Source: Candidatus Saccharicenans sp. (lineage in GTDB: Bacteria; Acidobacteriota; Aminicenantia; Aminicenantales; Saccharicenantaceae). From it: 64,000 bases of DNA. The notes below the pieces were generated by a model. It made no database searches. It saw only the letters and a list, made by a program, of their open reading frames with translations, and was not told where the DNA came from. Made by a program: the position numbers and the translations under genes. The stretch is from NCBI GenBank assembly GCA_024653215.1, contig JANLFU010000010.1:19625-83624 (forward strand), given 5' to 3'. Numbering within the stretch: position 1 is the stretch's first letter; each line of letters opens with the position of its first letter. This document shows, in pieces, positions 60,687 to 64,000 of this stretch.

Positions 60687-61415
60687 GTGACCAAAGACTC
60701 TCCGGCCCGCATCTGGGAAATAGACTTTCTGCGGGGGCTGGCCATCATCCTGATGGTCGGCTACCACCTGCTCTATGACCTCGGCGATTTTGCCGGCCTG
60801 GAAAAATTCCTGGGTTTCACCACCGACCTGACCACCCCGGCCTGGCTCCTGGCCCAGCATTTCTTTGCCGGCCTGTTTGTCATACTGTCCGGGATGAGCT
60901 CCAATTTCAGCCAGAACAATTTCCGGCGCAGCCTGAAATACCTGGCCGTGGCCCTGCTGATCACCGCGGCCAGCTATGTTTTTGACCCGGAGTCGGTCAT
61001 CCTGTTCGGTATCATTCATTGCCTGGGAGTTTCGGCCCTCTTATATGGCCTGTTATTTAAAAACTCCACGGCCACGACCTGCCTGATTTCCGGAATTATC
61101 ATCGCCGGCCTGAGCGCCTTGCTGCCCTCAGCTCATAGAATTCTGGCCATAAACACCAACTGGCTCCTGCCCCTTGGCCTTCACCGCCCGGACTTTGCTT
61201 CCTTCGATTACTTCCCGCTCATCCCGTGGCTGGGGATCTTTTTAATCGGGGCCGCTCTTGGCCGCTGGCTGTATCCGTCCCGAAAAAGTCTCCTGGGCCG
61301 AGAACTGTCTCCGAATCTCTTCAACTGGTGCGGACGCCACTCTCTCTGGATTTATCTCCTCCACCAGCCGATAATTCTCGGGATTCTCTATATCCTCGGA
61401 TACGTCACCCTGTAA
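60687..61415 (+). CDS. DUF1624 / heparan-alpha-glucosaminide N-acetyltransferase-like membrane protein. Starts at a GTG.
   Basis: IDFLRGLAIILMVGYHL is the DUF1624 N-terminal signature. Multiple TM helices. Confidence 0.55.
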   Translation: MTKDSPARIWEIDFLRGLAIILMVGYHLLYDLGDFAGLEKFLGFTTDLTTPAWLLAQHFFAGLFVILSGMSSNFSQNNFRRSLKYLAVALLITAASYVFDPESVILFGIIHCLGVSALLYGLLFKNSTATTCLISGIIIAGLSALLPSAHRILAINTNWLLPLGLHRPDFASFDYFPLIPWLGIFLIGAALGRWLYPSRKSLLGRELSPNLFNWCGRHSLWIYLLHQPIILGILYILGYVTL

Positions 61416-61462
61416 GAAATAATAAGGTAGAATAAAGAAGATGCCCTGGATGGGACCAGGTT

Positions 61463-62782
61463 TCAGATATTTTTCATCAGCTTCTGGAAATCGCTCTTTT
61501 TCAGCAACTTTTCCATCTCGAAGAACTGCTTTAAGAGCTGGTTAACTTCCTGGATGGGGCGACCGCTGCCCCGGGCGATCCTGGCCCGTCTCCGGCCGTC
61601 GATGATCCGCGGATTTTCCCGCTCGGCCGGGGTCATGGAGTTGATGATGGCTTCGAAATAAACAAGCTTCTTATCGTCAACGTCCAGGTTACCCATCTTC
61701 TTGAAGGGCCCGGCCTTGGGCAAAAGGTCCAGCAGTCCCGACAGGCTGCCCATCTTTTTTAGCTGCTGGAGCTGCTTGCGGAAATCTTCCAGGGTGAACT
61801 GCTGCTTTTTTATCTTCCTGGCAATTTCCTCGGCCTCCTTCAGGTCCGCTTCCTGCTCTGCCTTTTCAATCAGGCTGAGAATATCACCCATGCCCAGGAT
61901 CCTCGAGGCCATGCGGTCGGGGTGAAAGACTTCCAGCTTGTCGAATTTTTCGCCCACGCCGATGAACTTTATAGGCTTATGGGTTACATAGACAATGGAC
62001 AGGGCGGCTCCGCCCCGGGCGTCGCCGTCCAGCTTGGTCAGGATGATAGAGGTCAGGCCTATCTTTTCCTCGAAGGCCTGGGCGCTGCGGACCGCATCCT
62101 GGCCGGTCATGGCATCGCCCACATAGATGACCTCGGTTGGCTCCAGGATTTCCCGGACCAGCCTCAGCTCCTCCATCAGCTCTTCATCAATGTGGAGACG
62201 CCCGGCCGTATCCACGATGAGCGGGTCGTAGCCGCGGTTCCTGGTGAAGGTCATCAGCTCCTTAAGGGCTTCGGCCGGGTTCTTCATCTTCTCGGCCGTC
62301 ATTTCGTAAAAAGGCAGGCTGAGCGACCTGGAAATGATCCGCAACTGGTCCTGGGCGGCCAGCCTCTTAAGGTCAAAGGACACCAGCAACGGGTTTCGCC
62401 CGAGCCCTTTAACATACCTGGCCAGCTTGCCCGAGGTGGTGGTCTTGCCGCTGCCCTGCAACCCGACCAGCATGAACACCGAAGGCGGGTGGCTGGCAAA
62501 GGTCAGGGGTTTGGCTTCCCCGCCCAAGATCTCGGTCAGTTCATCTCTTACTATCTTTATGAAATGCTGGGCGGGGGTCAGGCTCATCATGACTTCCTGG
62601 TCAAGGGCCCTGGCCTTGACCCGGGCTTCAAACTCCTTGACCACCTTGTAATTGACATCGGCCTCAAGGAAGGCCAGGCGTAGCATCTTCAGGGCTTCGG
62701 CAATATTCTTCTCGGTTATTTTGCCTTCGCCCCGGATATACTTGAGGGTTCTCTGGATTTTTTCGGCAAGCTGTTCAAACAT
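61463..62782 (-). CDS. ffh: Signal recognition particle protein Ffh (SRP54).
   Basis: N domain, G domain (GLQGSGKTTTSGKLA; DTAGRL; TKLD) and a Met-rich M domain. 439 aa. Confidence 0.92.
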   Translation of the reverse strand: MFEQLAEKIQRTLKYIRGEGKITEKNIAEALKMLRLAFLEADVNYKVVKEFEARVKARALDQEVMMSLTPAQHFIKIVRDELTEILGGEAKPLTFASHPPSVFMLVGLQGSGKTTTSGKLARYVKGLGRNPLLVSFDLKRLAAQDQLRIISRSLSLPFYEMTAEKMKNPAEALKELMTFTRNRGYDPLIVDTAGRLHIDEELMEELRLVREILEPTEVIYVGDAMTGQDAVRSAQAFEEKIGLTSIILTKLDGDARGGAALSIVYVTHKPIKFIGVGEKFDKLEVFHPDRMASRILGMGDILSLIEKAEQEADLKEAEEIARKIKKQQFTLEDFRKQLQQLKKMGSLSGLLDLLPKAGPFKKMGNLDVDDKKLVYFEAIINSMTPAERENPRIIDGRRRARIARGSGRPIQEVNQLLKQFFEMEKLLKKSDFQKLMKNI

Positions 62783-63280
62783 TCAGGCCACCTGACTGCC
62801 TTAAATCTTACGCCAGGCCGCCCCCGAGGTCAATCAAGCGGAAGCCCCTGCGGCGCCTGGTCTTCCGGAAGATGACTCCGGAACGGGCTATTTACCCGGA
62901 AACTACCTTTCTTATCTCAAACAGCAAAAAAATGAAGTAACCCCTCAGGCTGGAACCTGGCTCATGCCTCCAGAAGAATCGGGCTTCAGGCATTAAAGCC
63001 TGAATGCCTCCCCGGCGCAGTTTACCCGCCAGGCTGGATTATTGATGATCAGACCATAATAGCCCTGAATACCCCTATCCAGCACCAGCTTCCCCCGATT
63101 CCAAGCCAGGACCCGCCCCGAGAAGCCAGGCCCAGACAGACGGGTGGCGTCGCCGAACTCAGGCCGGGCCCGATAGGTTAACTTATTGATTATAAATTAT
63201 ATATATCCAGGCCCCGGCTTCCGGCTTGACAATCCGGGCCGTTCTGGGTAAAGTTTTACTAACTTTCAGGAAGGTGAATA

Positions 63281-63808
63281 ATGACCCAAAAGAACGGTAA
63301 GCCTGTTGATTCAGGCCAGGCGAGTCCCTTCAGCTCGAAAATTGACTATGAAGAACTCCGAAAGCTGATCTCACTCCTTGAAGAGAAAAACCTCACCCAG
63401 TTCGAGCTGGAAGTGGAAGGTTTCAAGATAAAACTGAGCCGCAGCCTGGGCAATTCGTCAGGCCCGGCCCAGGTGATGTTTACCCCGGCCATGCCGGAAG
63501 CCGCGGCCAAGATTATGGCCACCAACGGCGACATTCCCGCCCCGACCCCGGCTGAAGACAAGAACATACATTACGTGACTTCGCCCATGGTCGGAACCTT
63601 TTACCGGGCGCCTTCTCCCACCTCTCCCCCCTTCGTGGACATAGGCGATCCAGTCAAGAAGGGCCAGACCCTGTGCATCGTGGAAGCCATGAAGTTGATG
63701 AATGAGATCGAGTGCGACGTCAACGGCCTGGTAGTCGATATCCTGGTGGAAAACGGGAAACCGGTTGAATACGGGCAGAAACTCTTTGCCATCAAAGTGA
63801 GCGCCTGA
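63281..63808 (+). CDS. accB: Acetyl-CoA carboxylase biotin carboxyl carrier protein.
   Basis: [10 protein letters not shown] is the biotinyl-lysine motif. A Pro/Ala-rich linker. 175 aa. Confidence 0.88.
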   Translation: MTQKNGKPVDSGQASPFSSKIDYEELRKLISLLEEKNLTQFELEVEGFKIKLSRSLGNSSGPAQVMFTPAMPEAAAKIMATNGDIPAPTPAEDKNIHYVTSPMVGTFYRAPSPTSPPFVDIGDPVKKGQTLCIVEAMKLMNEIECDVNGLVVDILVENGKPVEYGQKLFAIKVSA

Positions 63809-63813
63809 GAAAC

Positions 63814-64000
63814 ATGTTCTCCAAGATTCTGGTGGCCAACCGGGGCGAAATCGCCTTAAGAATCATCAGGTCCTGCAAAGAGCTGGGCATCAAGACCGTA
63901 GCAGTCTTCTCCGAAGCCGACCGCAATTCTCTCCACGCCATGCTGGCCGACGAGAGTATCTGCATCGGGCCGGCCAAGGCTTCAGACAGCTACCTCAACA
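63814..64000 (+). CDS. accC: Biotin carboxylase, 5' fragment. It runs off the window end and is absent from the ORF track because it has no stop.
   Basis: [41 protein letters not shown] matches the AccC N-terminus. It begins 6 nt after accB. Confidence 0.8.
   Translation, partial: MFSKILVANRGEIALRIIRSCKELGIKTVAVFSEADRNSLHAMLADESICIGPAKASDSYLN

Noticed and set aside
1-64000. Search for CRISPR arrays, IS elements or integrases, toxin-antitoxin pairs, and rRNA genes
   Set aside because: There are no regularly spaced direct repeats, no transposase- or integrase-like ORFs, no terminal inverted repeats flanking blocks, and no rRNA-like conserved stretches. None is reported.

Overview
This 64-kb window is high-GC bacterial chromosome (roughly 57-58 % GC by eye). 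The proteins have the look of an uncultivated, anaerobic sediment-type bacterium rich in secreted hydrolases, but the lineage cannot be assigned from sequence alone. Gene density is high on both strands. Housekeeping anchors are Era, HrpA, Ffh, AccB plus a 5' fragment of AccC at the window end, a Zn alcohol dehydrogenase and ferritin. Accessory content includes secreted M6 and M10 metalloproteases, a GH29 fucosidase with an SSF symporter, and a large GH106-like hydrolase with a sugar isomerase and an SGNH hydrolase. There are also two tandem transglutaminase-like secreted paralogs, a FadL-type outer-membrane protein, and TPR and GWxTD proteins.

The standout locus is 22.5-32 kb. It is a co-directional, tightly spaced block encoding TusA, two DsrE-family proteins and a GcvH-like lipoate-binding protein (LbpA-like). 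These sit immediately upstream of an Isp-type membrane-bound [NiFe] hydrogenase: TAT small subunit, di-haem cytochrome b Isp1, HdrD-like CCG-domain Isp2, an extra 106-aa ORF, large subunit and HynD endopeptidase. A lipoate-protein ligase follows. On the carrier side this resembles the lipoate-dependent sulfur-trafficking (sHdr-associated) toolkit, but here it is wired to a hydrogenase instead of HdrABC. That combination is a candidate for an undescribed H2 / protein-bound-sulfur redox system.

An identical palindrome, ATATGAA-N6-TTCATAT, occurs inside this operon in a 420-nt non-coding gap upstream of hynD, and again about 27 kb away upstream of a class-V aminotransferase (cysteine-desulfurase-like). 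This suggests a shared regulator. No rRNA, tRNA, CRISPR array or obvious mobile element was found by eye.
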